DNA of 64,000 nucleotides from a virus. This document shows, in pieces, positions 36,151-46,262 of this stretch (position 1 is the stretch's first letter; every line of letters begins with the position of its first letter). The position numbers and the translations under genes are program-made. The DNA lies in IMG/VR virus record IMGVR_UViG_3300036852_000741, positions 32,001 to 96,000 of that record. One strand, 5' to 3'. The notes under the pieces are model-generated. The model worked only from the letters and a program-made list of their open reading frames with translations, did no database searches and was not told where the DNA came from.

Positions 36151-38898
36151 AGCACGGCGGTCGGGACGGAGGTCCTGGAGGAGGCTCCGGCCTCGGCCGG
36201 GGCGGCACTGGCGGCGCGTGGCGGCCGACCCGCGGTCCGCTCCCGTACCGGGAAGTCGAATCCGACCGCCGGCATGAGCCCCCAGCAGGCGGCCGAGTTC
36301 GAGCGCCTGCATCCCCGGGCTGCCAAGGGGCGCACGGGCGGCGGCCAGTTCGCCGTGAAGCAGGGCGCCGGCATGGAGGGGGCGCCCGACGACCAGGTTC
36401 GCGAGGTGCAGCGGCGCATCAACACGGCCGGCACCGGGCGCGTGGTGGTGGACGGCCGGTTCGGGCCGGTCACCGCCGAGGCGGTACGTCACTTTCAGCG
36501 CCAGGCGGGCCTGAACGCCAACGGCATCGTGGACCGCAACACCTATGAGGCGCTGACCAACCCGCCGCCCTTGTCGCGCCAGGAGGTCGTGGCTCAGGAG
36601 CGCGCGGACGCGGCCGGCGGCAGCCGACGCCTGGGCCGGGCCGATGCGCAGTCGCGGCGCGAGCGCGGCGGGAGCGGGGGTGGGAGTGGAGGCGGGACCA
36701 CAGGACGGTCGCGCAGCGGCTCGGAGACGCGGTTGGACCCCACCGATGTCCACGCGATCGAGGACTTCCAGCGCGAGCACGGCCTGAAGGTGGACGGGGT
36801 GATCGGCCCCGACACCCAGCGTGCGCTACGCCGCGAACGTGAGCGCGGGGACGGCGAACGCCGCGGCGAGGGTCGCTCGACGCGAGGTACTGGGACGCTG
36901 CGGCGCGGCGACGGCGGCAAGCGGGCCGGCAAGCAGGTCAAGGCGATCCAGCAGATGCTCCAGGACCTCGGCTACGACCTGGGCGACGAGGGCACCGACG
37001 GCGAGTTCGGTTCGGCCACCGAAGCGGCGCTCAAGAAGATGCAGGACGACTACGGCCTGGACCCCGACGGGGTGGTGGGGCCGCGCACCCGCAAGCTGCT
37101 CAACCGGTTGCGCTCGCGGCTGAAGGCGGAGACCCGGCAGATGGCGTCGGGCAAGGCGCCCCGTGACGACTACAAGCTCGTGGAGGGACAGATGATCGAG
37201 GAAGCCACCCTGACCGCCGCTGCGCGCAAGGCGCTGCCCAAGTCGGCCTTCGTGTTCCCGGAGCGCGCGCCCGAGTCGGGCTCGTACCCGATTCACGACG
37301 AGGGGCACGCCAAGGCGGCGCTGGCCCGCGTCAAGCAGCACGGCTCCCCCGACGAGCAGGCCAAGGTCAGGGCGGCGGTCAAGCGCCGCTACCCGAACCT
37401 GCTCCAGGAGGGAGAGGCGCTCCACGAGGACGCCTGGGGCGGCAAGCCCGGCACGAACTGGAAGCAGGTCGGACCCGAGGCCAAGAAGAAGCTCAGCCCC
37501 CTCATCAAGCACTACATGGGCAAGCCGCACCCGTTCACCGCCTGCGTGCGCGATAACTCCAAGCGCTTTGGTGAGGAGCGCGCCAAGAAGGTGTGCGCCG
37601 TTCTCAAGGACCTTGGAGCCCGGACCACCAAGTGGCGCAAGGGGCCCAAGGGCAAGGCCGAGGAGGCGTTCCTGGAGGAGGTCCTGATCGACCTCGTGGA
37701 GGCCGGGCTGGAGACCGAGGCCGACGTGGACCTGATCGCCGGCTTCCTCCAGGGGCAGTTGATTCAGCCGGTGCTCTACGACGCCCACCTGCGTCTGGAG
37801 GAGGCGGTCGAGGTGCGCAAGGCGGCCAAGGGTGGCGACGAGTTCGCGCGCGCTCGGGCTCGCGAGCGGGTGCTGCGCGAGGCGGTGGGCGCGCTGCACG
37901 GGCTGAGTTGGGAGGCGCGGCTACATCCGCGCGATCGCGAGGGCCGCTTCCGCGATGTGATCGGGTCGCTCGCCCCGGGTTCCTCCATCGACCTGCCGGG
38001 CAACGTGACGGTGGGGCGGCTGGCGGACACGAAGCCGGCTGCGGACACGTTCTCGTCGCGGATGGCTGGCTTGCCGCGCATGGACCCGATGGCGGCGCGG
38101 GCTCCGGCGGGCAGCCACGGGGGCTATTGGGTGTCGCATCCGCCGACGAAGAACCCGACGCGGGCGCACTGGAACCACGAGCAGAGCTTCCACGACACGC
38201 CGCAGTCGGCGGCGAAGGCCACGATGAAGGCGCTGTCGGACGAGGGCATCACGTTCGACGCTGACGTGCACCCCGGCCAGGGGACGCTGGACGTGGACAG
38301 GCCGGCCCGCGACGCCAAGCATGAGGACCTCAAGCGGCGACTCAAGGACGCCGAGTCGCGCGGCGACACGGCATCAATCCAGGCGCTGCGGCGGGCACTT
38401 GCGAAGCAGGGGTCGATCGCTGGTGTTCGCGCGGAGCGCAAGCCGACGCCCGCGAGCGCGCACCTGGAGCAGAAGGTCAACTACGGCGGCGTGCCGACCG
38501 CGCGCGGCGACGTGCTCAAGGACCTGGAGCGTAAGGGCGTGTCGCCCGCGGCGCGCGATCGCTACATGCAGGGGCTGGAGACGGGCGCCAAGGCGCGTGC
38601 GGAGGCGCCGGCCGCGGCGAAGCCCGAGGTCGATACCGCTGCGATCAAGGCGGCACCGCTGAGCGACCTGGCGGCGATGATCCAGCGCGACTGGTCGAGC
38701 CAGGGCAAGGGCGTGAACTTCGCGGCCAAGCCCTACCTGGAGGCGATGCGCTCGCTGACCACCGTGCGCGATCGGTACGGCATGGACCCCGGGGAGTCGA
38801 TCGTGGCCTACTTCCTCAGCAACGCGACCTCGTGGAAGGGCCCGACCGCCAAGGCGGTCAAGACGGAGCTTCGGCGCCGGCTGAAGGGCGGACGCTGA
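36148..38898 (+). CDS. Multi-domain virion protein: HPR tags, three peptidoglycan-binding domains, DUF6582-like domain, C-terminal phage domain
   Basis: DGRFGPVT..AVRHFQ, DGVIGPDT, DGEFGSAT..DGVVGPRT; LPKSAFVFP...YPIHDEGHAKAAL; FAAKPYLEAM...YFLSNATSW. Confidence 0.85.
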   Translation: MSTAVGTEVLEEAPASAGAALAARGGRPAVRSRTGKSNPTAGMSPQQAAEFERLHPRAAKGRTGGGQFAVKQGAGMEGAPDDQVREVQRRINTAGTGRVVVDGRFGPVTAEAVRHFQRQAGLNANGIVDRNTYEALTNPPPLSRQEVVAQERADAAGGSRRLGRADAQSRRERGGSGGGSGGGTTGRSRSGSETRLDPTDVHAIEDFQREHGLKVDGVIGPDTQRALRRERERGDGERRGEGRSTRGTGTLRRGDGGKRAGKQVKAIQQMLQDLGYDLGDEGTDGEFGSATEAALKKMQDDYGLDPDGVVGPRTRKLLNRLRSRLKAETRQMASGKAPRDDYKLVEGQMIEEATLTAAARKALPKSAFVFPERAPESGSYPIHDEGHAKAALARVKQHGSPDEQAKVRAAVKRRYPNLLQEGEALHEDAWGGKPGTNWKQVGPEAKKKLSPLIKHYMGKPHPFTACVRDNSKRFGEERAKKVCAVLKDLGARTTKWRKGPKGKAEEAFLEEVLIDLVEAGLETEADVDLIAGFLQGQLIQPVLYDAHLRLEEAVEVRKAAKGGDEFARARARERVLREAVGALHGLSWEARLHPRDREGRFRDVIGSLAPGSSIDLPGNVTVGRLADTKPAADTFSSRMAGLPRMDPMAARAPAGSHGGYWVSHPPTKNPTRAHWNHEQSFHDTPQSAAKATMKALSDEGITFDADVHPGQGTLDVDRPARDAKHEDLKRRLKDAESRGDTASIQALRRALAKQGSIAGVRAERKPTPASAHLEQKVNYGGVPTARGDVLKDLERKGVSPAARDRYMQGLETGAKARAEAPAAAKPEVDTAAIKAAPLSDLAAMIQRDWSSQGKGVNFAAKPYLEAMRSLTTVRDRYGMDPGESIVAYFLSNATSWKGPTAKAVKTELRRRLKGGR

Positions 38899-39452
38899 TG
38901 GCCGAGCTACCACCCGGGGTCATCCGTGAGGCGCGGCGCCTCCAGGAGGCGGTCCGCGAGCGCCGTGAGGCGCACGCTCGCCATGACGCCGAGGCGTACG
39001 CCCGCGCGACCGCGCGCGAGGAGGCCCTGGCCGGCTGGTTGTTGGAGGCGTTGGAGGAGGCGGCGGTCGCTCATCGGGCCGGCGACTTCGAGGGGCTCCA
39101 TCCGCGCGACCGGCTCGGCCGGTTCATGGAGAAGCTGGATTCCGAGCTTCATGCGGCGCTCTTGCGCGCCAGCCGTGTGCGCACCGGGCGGCGCCTGGCA
39201 CGCGATGACCGGCGCTTGGAGCGCCGGGCGCTGCGCGCCCAAAGGCATGGCCGGGAGTTGGCGTCGTTGGGTGGGCTGCTTCCTCACAGCCAGGTGCCGG
39301 GTCCGGGCGCCCTGGGGAGCCGCGCGCTGCGTGCCAGCGCTGAGCAGCCGGTGCCGTTGACGCGGGGGGCGAAGGTCAAGGCGCTGGTGGCGTCGGGTCT
39401 GGCAGCCAGCGCCGACGAAGCTCGCGAGCTTCTGCTGGACCTGGGCGAGTAG
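38898..39452 (+). CDS. HPR-tagged putative head protein
   Basis: RLQEAV...LEEAA...FEGLHPRDRLGRF. Confidence 0.7.
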   Translation: MAELPPGVIREARRLQEAVRERREAHARHDAEAYARATAREEALAGWLLEALEEAAVAHRAGDFEGLHPRDRLGRFMEKLDSELHAALLRASRVRTGRRLARDDRRLERRALRAQRHGRELASLGGLLPHSQVPGPGALGSRALRASAEQPVPLTRGAKVKALVASGLAASADEARELLLDLGE

Positions 39453-39457
39453 CACGC

Positions 39458-39499
39458 AAGCTCACATCGTGTGCTATCCTTGGTTTCCGACCAAGGAGG
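39458..39499 (+). promoter_or_regulatory. Operator/promoter module
   Basis: AAGCTCACATCGTGTGCTA, -10 TATCCT, TCCTTGG/CCAAGGA inverted repeat, CCGACCAAGGAGG. Confidence 0.85.
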
Positions 39500-39507
39500 A
39501 AGCGCAC

Positions 39508-39987
39508 ATGTCACCAGCTACCCACGACCGCGACTTCACGGACGAGATTGCTGTCCGCGAGGAGCAGGCCGGCTATGCAGGGATTTCGCGTAACGAGGCG
39601 ATCAAGGCGATCCGGGCGGCGCTCAAACGGCGCACCGGCAAGACGTGGAGCGTGACCGGCGGCCGGGGGAGCGCCTGGGGCTGGATTCGCATTGACGCTC
39701 CGCCGAAGCGGCGCACTGCCGTCAGGGCCAAGACCGGCGAGAAGGACGCGAGCACCGGCTTCGACCTTCTCGCGCTGAGGGACACCGGCATCCCGCAGGA
39801 GTTCGGCCACATGACCCAGGAGGACCACGACCTTCTCTGCGAGACGCTCGGATGCACGGACGCGATCGGCGGGTGCCTGCACAGCCAGGGCATCCAGGTT
39901 CCCGCCAGCAGCGACTACCGCGCCGAGTACATCGCCCGCGCCGAGGGCCGCAAGCCCGCGGTCTACGGGGTCCAGTATTGGGACTGA
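39508..39987 (+). CDS. Conserved phage hypothetical protein (WSVTGGRGSAWGWI)
   Basis: Strong RBS. Confidence 0.8.
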   Translation: MSPATHDRDFTDEIAVREEQAGYAGISRNEAIKAIRAALKRRTGKTWSVTGGRGSAWGWIRIDAPPKRRTAVRAKTGEKDASTGFDLLALRDTGIPQEFGHMTQEDHDLLCETLGCTDAIGGCLHSQGIQVPASSDYRAEYIARAEGRKPAVYGVQYWD

Positions 39988-40172
39988 TAGCGCTGACCGT
40001 GGCCAACGTTGCCGATCTGCTCGCGCGGGTCGTGCTGGGCGGCGGGGTGATCCTCGCCGCCACCTGGGCACTCCCGGAGGTGCCGGGCTTCCGGGAGTTC
40101 CACTTCAGCCTGCCGTGGATCGGGCTGCGATGGCTCGTGATGGCTGCGAGCGTCGGTCTCGCCCTCCTAACG

Positions 40173-40241
40173 CTGCTCACATCGTGAGCTAACCTGGTAC
40201 ACTTTGTGTGCGGTCGCGAGGCCGCGTTCCCGACCAGGAGG
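40173..40241 (+). promoter_or_regulatory. Operator/promoter module (near-perfect palindrome)
   Basis: CTGCTCACATCGTGAGCTA, -10 TAACCT, hairpin GCGGTC-GCGA-GGCCGC, CCCGACCAGGAGG. Confidence 0.85.
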
Positions 40242-40248
40242 TGACGTG

Positions 40249-41094
40249 ATGGCGCAGCAGAAGACGGTTGGTGCCCTTGGGAAATACTGGGTTGAGGGCA
40301 AGTGGATGTGGTGCATGAACGAGGCGCTGAAGTACGCCAGGAGGAAGGGCGCCAAGCACGTGTACGCCACCGACGGCTGGACTCCCACGGCGGTGATCGC
40401 ATGGGCCTGATGGGCTACAAGCCGCAGGACTTCAAGGTCGGCGAGCGGGTCTACGTCGTCACGGGGCAGGGCTTGCGCAGTGACGGCACGGTGCGGGCGG
40501 TCGGCGCCGTGGACATCGCGTTCGAGGGCGTCGAGGTTCTCGTCACCGTTGAGTGGGACGAGGGCGACCTGACCGCGGAGCGCGCGATCGACCTTCTAAA
40601 GGGGGGGCGATGAGCAGGACGACCCAGCCGATCCCGCTGGTCTCTGACTACTTCGGCGACAGCGACGCCCCGATCATCACTGCCGAGTTTCGGCCGGGGC
40701 GCGGCTGGGTGCGCACGAGCTTCAAGAAGCGCGTCAGCCGGGCGTGGCTACGCAAGCTGCGAGCCGAGGGCGTCACCCATGTGGCGCTCACAGCGCGGGA
40801 GGGCCGGACCGCGGACTTCGCGGTGGCCGAACTGCTGCGATGAGCCCCGGCGAGCGGGTCGATCCCGGGAAGATGCCCGAGTTCATCGAGGGCGAGGCTT
40901 ACCGACTCTACGAGGCCATCCAGGAGGCCGAGAGCGCCGCCCGGCGGCTGGCGGAGGCGCTGGACTGGGAGGTTGCGAGCGGCGACGCGGAGGCCCGTCC
41001 GCGCCGCACCCGGGCCCGCCGGCTGCATCGCCGGCTGTTCGGGCTGCTGGACGCCGCCGAGACCGTTCTTCACGAGAACGAACGCCCGCTGTAG
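40249..41094 (+). other. Four coupled small ORFs (40249-40410, 40410-40613, 40610-40843, 40840-41094)
   Basis: Overlapping start/stop codons downstream of the module. Confidence 0.65.
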
Positions 41095-41145
41095 TTACGC
41101 ATCGGCGTGTGGGCTCCCCAGCCTGGGGCGCTTATCCTCCGGCCT

Positions 41146-41364
41146 ATGGGAAGCGCCCTGACGCTCGGCCGGATCGTCGGCCACGTAGACGTGTTCAAGC
41201 GCGACGAGGACAGCGGCGAGAAGGTCCTCATCAGCACAACGCGGCCGTGCTACGAGTGCGGGCAGCCCCTCGAAGGGGTCGTGGTGCCGGTCGGAGGCGA
41301 GCACCAGGCCCACGCGAACTGTCGTCGGAGCCGGAGGGTGATTCATGCCGAGCAAGACCTTTGA
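41146..41364 (+). CDS. Small zinc-finger protein, leaderless
   Basis: TATCCT-N7-ATG; CYECG...HANC. Confidence 0.6.
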   Translation: MGSALTLGRIVGHVDVFKRDEDSGEKVLISTTRPCYECGQPLEGVVVPVGGEHQAHANCRRSRRVIHAEQDL

Positions 41365-41620
41365 CCCGTCCGTGACGCCCCTGGCCTGGGTCCCGGAGGA
41401 GAACTGCTACCGGATCGTGGAGCACAGCATCGAGACTGTGACGATCGGAGGCTCGGAGCAGAGCTTCGAGGTCGCCACGATGGGCGACAAGGTGGTCTGG
41501 GTGGACGACGCGCCGGACGACATCCAGGACGGCTCCGGGCACTTCGAGGTCTACAGCGGCGCCGACGAGGACTACCGGCCCTCGATGGCCAACCCCAACC
41601 CACCCGCGCAGGAGGGCTGA
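41345..41620 (+). CDS. Acidic hypothetical protein
   Basis: GGAGG RBS. Confidence 0.7.
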   Translation: MPSKTFDPSVTPLAWVPEENCYRIVEHSIETVTIGGSEQSFEVATMGDKVVWVDDAPDDIQDGSGHFEVYSGADEDYRPSMANPNPPAQEG

Positions 41621-41623
41621 TCC

Positions 41624-42145
41624 TTGGCCGAAATCTTCCCCAACGAGGCGCTGACGTACCTCATCGAAATCCAGCCGCGGTCCAACACCGGCTCGTTCCC
41701 GGTGACCACCGCGATGTACATGGGCCTGTTCTCCAGCCAGACGGCCTCCACGGTGCCCTCCGCGGACGCCACGCTTACCGGCTCGGCGTCCTCGCCGTAC
41801 ACGACCGGCACCGCGCTGCCCGTCGAACTCACGTCCACCGGCGGCTACGCGCGCGCCGCCATCGGTACCACGGCCGCGGCTCTCCAGACCTCCTGGCCAG
41901 CCCCGGTCGTCTCCGGCTCCGGGATGCGCTCCACGATGGTCTCCCCGGGCACCAGCTTCGCGGAGTCCACCGGCGCCTACAACGCCACGATCAACGGGTT
42001 CTTCGTGTGCACCACGTCGGCGAGCACCGGCCAGAACACCGGCAAGACCTGGTTCTACGCCAACTTCTCGGATACAACGGCCATCACGGTAAATGCGGCC
42101 GGTTTCACAATCCGTATCGCGGCCTTCTGGCATATCGACGGATGA
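41624..42145 (+). CDS. Virion fibre/minor tail-associated protein
   Basis: YMGLFS...ELTSTGGYARAAI...FAESTG pattern of phage fibre-anchor proteins; Thr/Ser/Ala rich. Confidence 0.7.
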   Translation: MAEIFPNEALTYLIEIQPRSNTGSFPVTTAMYMGLFSSQTASTVPSADATLTGSASSPYTTGTALPVELTSTGGYARAAIGTTAAALQTSWPAPVVSGSGMRSTMVSPGTSFAESTGAYNATINGFFVCTTSASTGQNTGKTWFYANFSDTTAITVNAAGFTIRIAAFWHIDG

Positions 42146-42187
42146 CCTCAAGCTAGCGCTGTCCGCCCAGGCTGGGAGGATGGCGGA

Positions 42188-44000
42188 GTGCGCCGGTCAC
42201 AGCGACTTCTCGGTCATTCGCTGTGGGCGCTGCTTGACGGCTGGGCGGTCCTGGGGGGCGACTGCTGCGAGTGGATGCGCCGGCTCCCGGCGGAGTCCAT
42301 CGACTCGATCGTGTGCGACCCGCCCTACGGCTTGAAGTTCATGGGCGTCGCGTGGGACACCATCGACGGCCGCGATGGCGATGGGCAGCGCCGGAACATT
42401 GGTGAGCGAATGGACAAGGCTGGGGGCAACCACAACCCCGTCGACTCAGCCGACGCCTCGCGCACCCGCGCGAGTGAGAACCGCAAGATGCAGGACTGGC
42501 ATGAGGCGTGGGCGCGCGAGGCGCTGCGCGTGCTGAAGCCCGGCGGGCATCTGCTCGCGTTCGGGGGGAGCCGCACCTATCACCGGCTGGTGTGCGCGAT
42601 CGAGGATGCCGGGTTCGAGGTCCGCGACACGATCGCGTGGATGTACGGCTCGGGGTTTCCGAAGTCGCTGGACGTGGGCAAGGCGATCGACAAGGCGGCA
42701 GGCGCGGAGCGCGCGGTCGTCGGGCGGCGCAACCGCTTAGATCAGCAGAGCAAGCCCGTTCACCGAATGGGCTACAGCGGCCCAATGCGTGACCAGGACG
42801 ACGCGCTTGACATTACAGCCCCCGCCACCCCCGACGCCGAGCGTTGGCAGGGCTGGGGGACCGCGCTCAAGCCCGCCCACGAGCCGATCGTCGTCGCCCG
42901 CAAGCCGCTGGCGGGCACCGTAGCGGCGAACGTGCTTCGCTTCGGCGTTGGAGGATTGAACATAGATGGCTGTCGTATCGGGACAGGCGCGGACGGTTCA
43001 TCACATCAACGGGGTCAAGACGGACAACTGCCCAGAGAACTTGCAGGTGATGGACTGGGCGGACCACTCGCGGGAGCATCGGACGACGCTGCGGCGTCTG
43101 GCGAGCTTGGAGGCGGAGAACCGCATCTTGCGCGCTGCACTTGCGGCCCGCATGGCCGAGTAGGAGAGCCGTCCGCACAGCGCCGCTACACCGACCGCGG
43201 GAGCACCAACTTCGCTGCGACGCCCGGTCCGCGTGGCGGTGACGCCCTCGGCCGCTGGCCTGCGAACGTGGTGCTCTCTCATCACGAGGACTGTCGTCTG
43301 GTGGGGACCCGGCGGGTGAAGTCCAACGCTCCGGCTCGGTATGTGAACGACGGGGCCGAGGCGACGCTTTACGGCGATGGCATGGGTAAGCGTGAGGTCG
43401 GCGATGAGCGTCCGGGATATGCCGACGCCGACGGCATGGAGGCGATGGAGGACTGGGAGTGCCACTCCGACTGTCCGGTGCGGATGCTGGACGAGCAGAC
43501 GGGGGAGCTACATTCGCAGGACCCCAGTACGCGCCGGGCGACAGGAGCATCCGGGGGTCAAATCATTCCAATGCCGGGCATGTCGTCGTGTTACGCCGAC
43601 TCCGGCGGCGCGAGTAGGTTCTTTTACGTGGCCAAGGCGTCCAGCGCCGAGCGCAACGCTGGGCTGGGGGGGGTGATCGAGGGTGGACGGCGTAACGTCC
43701 ACCCGTTAGGCGACCGTCAAGCCGGTGGACCTTATGCGCTGGCTTGTGCGGCTCGTGACGCCGCCCGGCGGGCTCGTACTGGACCCGTTCGCCGGCAGCG
43801 GGACGACGGGGATCGCGGCGCTTCTGGAGGGGTTCAGCTTCGTCGGGATCGAGAAGGACCCCGAGTACGTGGCGCTGGCGCGGGCGCGGATCGCCTGGTG
43901 GCATGGTCAGCGACCTGGGTCTACGGCGTCGATGTTGCGCCGGGCGGCGTTCTTGCGCAAGGAGGGCGAGCGGCGCCAGGACCAGCTTCGGCTCGTGTGA
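42188..44000 (+). pseudogene. Beta-class N6A/N4C DNA methyltransferase, frame broken by a 7-nt insertion at 43706-43712
   Basis: DPPY, LKPGG, GSGFPKS, ALKPAHEPI, GRWPAN, SRFFY in frame of 42188; TVKPVDLMRWL...DPFAGSGTT in frame of 43725. Confidence 0.85.
42966..43163 (+). other. HNH endonuclease fragment nested in an alternative frame of the MTase
   Basis: VHHINGVKTDNCPENLQVM...HSREH (HNH_3-like). Confidence 0.75.
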
Positions 44001-44011
44001 GCCCTGTCGGC

Positions 44012-44053
44012 ATGTAGCGCCGTCCCGGGCCGCCCGTAAGCTGAGGGGCGATG
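44012..44053 (+). promoter_or_regulatory. Class-II leaderless promoter
   Basis: ATGTAG-N19-TAAGCT-N8-ATG. Confidence 0.55.
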
Positions 44054-44467
44054 GCGGACTCCAGTCTCCCCGTCGCTACCCCGCCCGGCGGCGCACCGCA
44101 GTCCAACACGGCGACGCGCACCCGGCCTGATGGTGCGCACGTCCAGCAGATCATTCTGGCCGAGCCGGATACCGGCAACGTCTACGGGATCACGGATGGC
44201 GCTCCGGTGTTCGACCCGGCTTCCGCCCGGGGCCAGTCGCTGTATCCACCGCGGGCGCTCCAGTACGCGCGCGATACCCAAGACCAGATGCGGGTGGTGG
44301 TCGCGTCCGGCGCCGCCATGGCCGTTCACCAGTATTGGGGCAACACGAACACGTGGCCGACGTGGTACTCGACGGGCTCTGGCAGTTCGATGGATGTCCG
44401 CGAGGAGCAGCGGGAGCGCTCGTTGCACACCTTCCAGGTCCAGCGCAATAGGTGGACGTTTACATGA
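44051..44467 (+). CDS. Putative virion structural protein
   Basis: First gene of fibre module. Confidence 0.7.
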   Translation: MADSSLPVATPPGGAPQSNTATRTRPDGAHVQQIILAEPDTGNVYGITDGAPVFDPASARGQSLYPPRALQYARDTQDQMRVVVASGAAMAVHQYWGNTNTWPTWYSTGSGSSMDVREEQRERSLHTFQVQRNRWTFT

Positions 44468-44724
44468 GGGTGTGCCGACTGTGCGGCCAGAACTGGTCTG
44501 ACGATGTGCTGGAGTGCTACGGGTGGCCCGATCGGTCGCACGAGGCGGTCCTCACCGAGTCGCTGGACGAGCCGCCGCCGCCACCGCCAGACCAGGTTCC
44601 CGACCCGGTGGAGCGTCGCGCGGACCTGCTTGTGACGGCCGCCGACAACTACCGCTCCGGGGCGTTTGCCGCGACGGCCTACGTCGCGGAGTGTCAGGCG
44701 ATCATCGACGGGCAGAGGGACTAG
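44464..44724 (+). CDS. Hypothetical protein
   Basis: ATGA coupling. Confidence 0.6.
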   Translation: MRVCRLCGQNWSDDVLECYGWPDRSHEAVLTESLDEPPPPPPDQVPDPVERRADLLVTAADNYRSGAFAATAYVAECQAIIDGQRD

Positions 44725-44727
44725 CCC

Positions 44728-46212
44728 GTGGGCGTCACCTACAATTTCAAGAAGGGCACGGACCTTTCGTCATGGCACTGGCTCAACCAGTACATGACGG
44801 GGGCGTCGCAGCCCGGGTGCGCGAACGCCTACGACGGCTCCCGCTACATCTACTGGGCGATCCAGTCGGGGTCGGCCACTGCCGCGAGCACGACGCAGCT
44901 TTGGCGCCACGACACCTGGTCCAACGGCTGGCAGTTTCTGGTCGCGCTGACCAACGCCTTCACGGGCATCGACATCGAGTACGACTCGGTGCGCAACGTC
45001 CTGTTCGTCGCGGAGGGCAACAACACCACGGTGTGGAGGTACTTCAACCTCAACACCACCGCGATCACGCTGCTGGGGCTGACGACGAACCCGTTTGCGC
45101 TGTCGTCGGCCATTGGCACGGCGTTGCCGGCGGCGGCAACCACGGGCGCGTCGATCGCGATGACGGACGATGTGAGCGTGCAGTACCCGACGCCGCTGAC
45201 CGCAAGCGGCGCCACCACGAGCACCCTCACGTCGGCCACGACGACGGCGATGGGGGACACCGGCCCGGTCGAGTTTCACAGCGGGATGATCGGCTCCTAC
45301 CTGCGCATGACCAGCGGTGCGCAGTCGGGCCAGAAGCGGGTCATTACGGCGGTGACCGACGCCAACAACCTGACGGTGGTGGCGTTCGGGACGGCACCTG
45401 TGGCGGGCGACTCGTATGTGATCGAGCTTCCCGGGGGGGATGGGCCCACGTCGGCGGCGCTGCTGACGGCATCGAGCGCGACGGCGAGCACGCTGGTGCT
45501 CACGGGCGCAAGCTGGCCGACCAACGCCTACCGCGACCACGATGTGGTCATCTACGGCGGCACGGGCGCCGGGCAGCGGCGGCGCATCGCCTCCAACGAC
45601 GGCACGACGCTGACCCTGGCGGCGGCGGTGACCGGCAACAACCGCACCGGCAACTGGACGACGACGCCGGATGCCACCAGCACGTTTCGCATCGTGCCCT
45701 CCTCGGACTTCCTCTACCTGTTCGTGGGGTCCACGAGCATGTATCGCGTGGACGTGCTCGCCACCACGATCGCGTTCACCACGTTCGCCACGGTGCCGGC
45801 CGCGCCGGGCGCGGGCTCCAATGCCTTCCACACGCCGGTGTGGTCGCCCCAGTCGCTGGTGGTGTTCCGTGGCGGGGCCACCACCACCGTCTACCGCTAC
45901 CACATCGGCCTTCAGACCTGGACGACGCTGACTTCCGCGTGGGGCGCCGAGACGCTGACGACCGGCGGCACTGCCGCGCGCATCCCGGGCCGGGGGCGCT
46001 TTTTGGTGCACATCGGCGGCTCAACTCGCCTGTACATGTACAACCCGATTACCGGGGAGTTGCAGCCGATGACGCCGCCGCCGTATGCCGTGCCGACGGC
46101 ACTGGAGGGCAAGCGGCTGCGCCATGTCAAGACGGCGGACGGCGTGGAGTTCATCTACATGCTGCGTGCGGGCGGCCAGGAGTATTTCCGGCTCCCGGTC
46201 GAGTTTTTGTGA
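44728..46212 (+). CDS. Kelch/beta-propeller-like virion protein with two inserted beta domains
   Basis: LWRHDTWSNGW, VYRYHIGLQTW blades; GAQSGQKRVI and GTGAGQRRRI repeats. Confidence 0.7.
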   Translation: MGVTYNFKKGTDLSSWHWLNQYMTGASQPGCANAYDGSRYIYWAIQSGSATAASTTQLWRHDTWSNGWQFLVALTNAFTGIDIEYDSVRNVLFVAEGNNTTVWRYFNLNTTAITLLGLTTNPFALSSAIGTALPAAATTGASIAMTDDVSVQYPTPLTASGATTSTLTSATTTAMGDTGPVEFHSGMIGSYLRMTSGAQSGQKRVITAVTDANNLTVVAFGTAPVAGDSYVIELPGGDGPTSAALLTASSATASTLVLTGASWPTNAYRDHDVVIYGGTGAGQRRRIASNDGTTLTLAAAVTGNNRTGNWTTTPDATSTFRIVPSSDFLYLFVGSTSMYRVDVLATTIAFTTFATVPAAPGAGSNAFHTPVWSPQSLVVFRGGATTTVYRYHIGLQTWTTLTSAWGAETLTTGGTAARIPGRGRFLVHIGGSTRLYMYNPITGELQPMTPPPYAVPTALEGKRLRHVKTADGVEFIYMLRAGGQEYFRLPVEFL

Positions 46213-46262
46213 TCCGGGGTTAGCGATCCCGTAGCGTCGAGGGGCGCCGGGATACTGGACCC

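Noticed and set aside
36148-38898. Endolysin call for the PG-binding protein
   Set aside because: No catalytic domain or adjacent holin recognised; carries head-protein-type motifs instead.
43706-43708. bldA-style TTA control of the MTase
   Set aside because: In-frame TTA also occurs in other places (e.g. near 22356 and 42737), and a +1 shift at CCG would meet TAG. Not supportable from sequence alone.
43706-44017. C-terminus of the 609-aa ORF as genuine MTase sequence
   Set aside because: Out of frame after the 7-nt insertion; the SAM-binding motif is in the 43725 frame.
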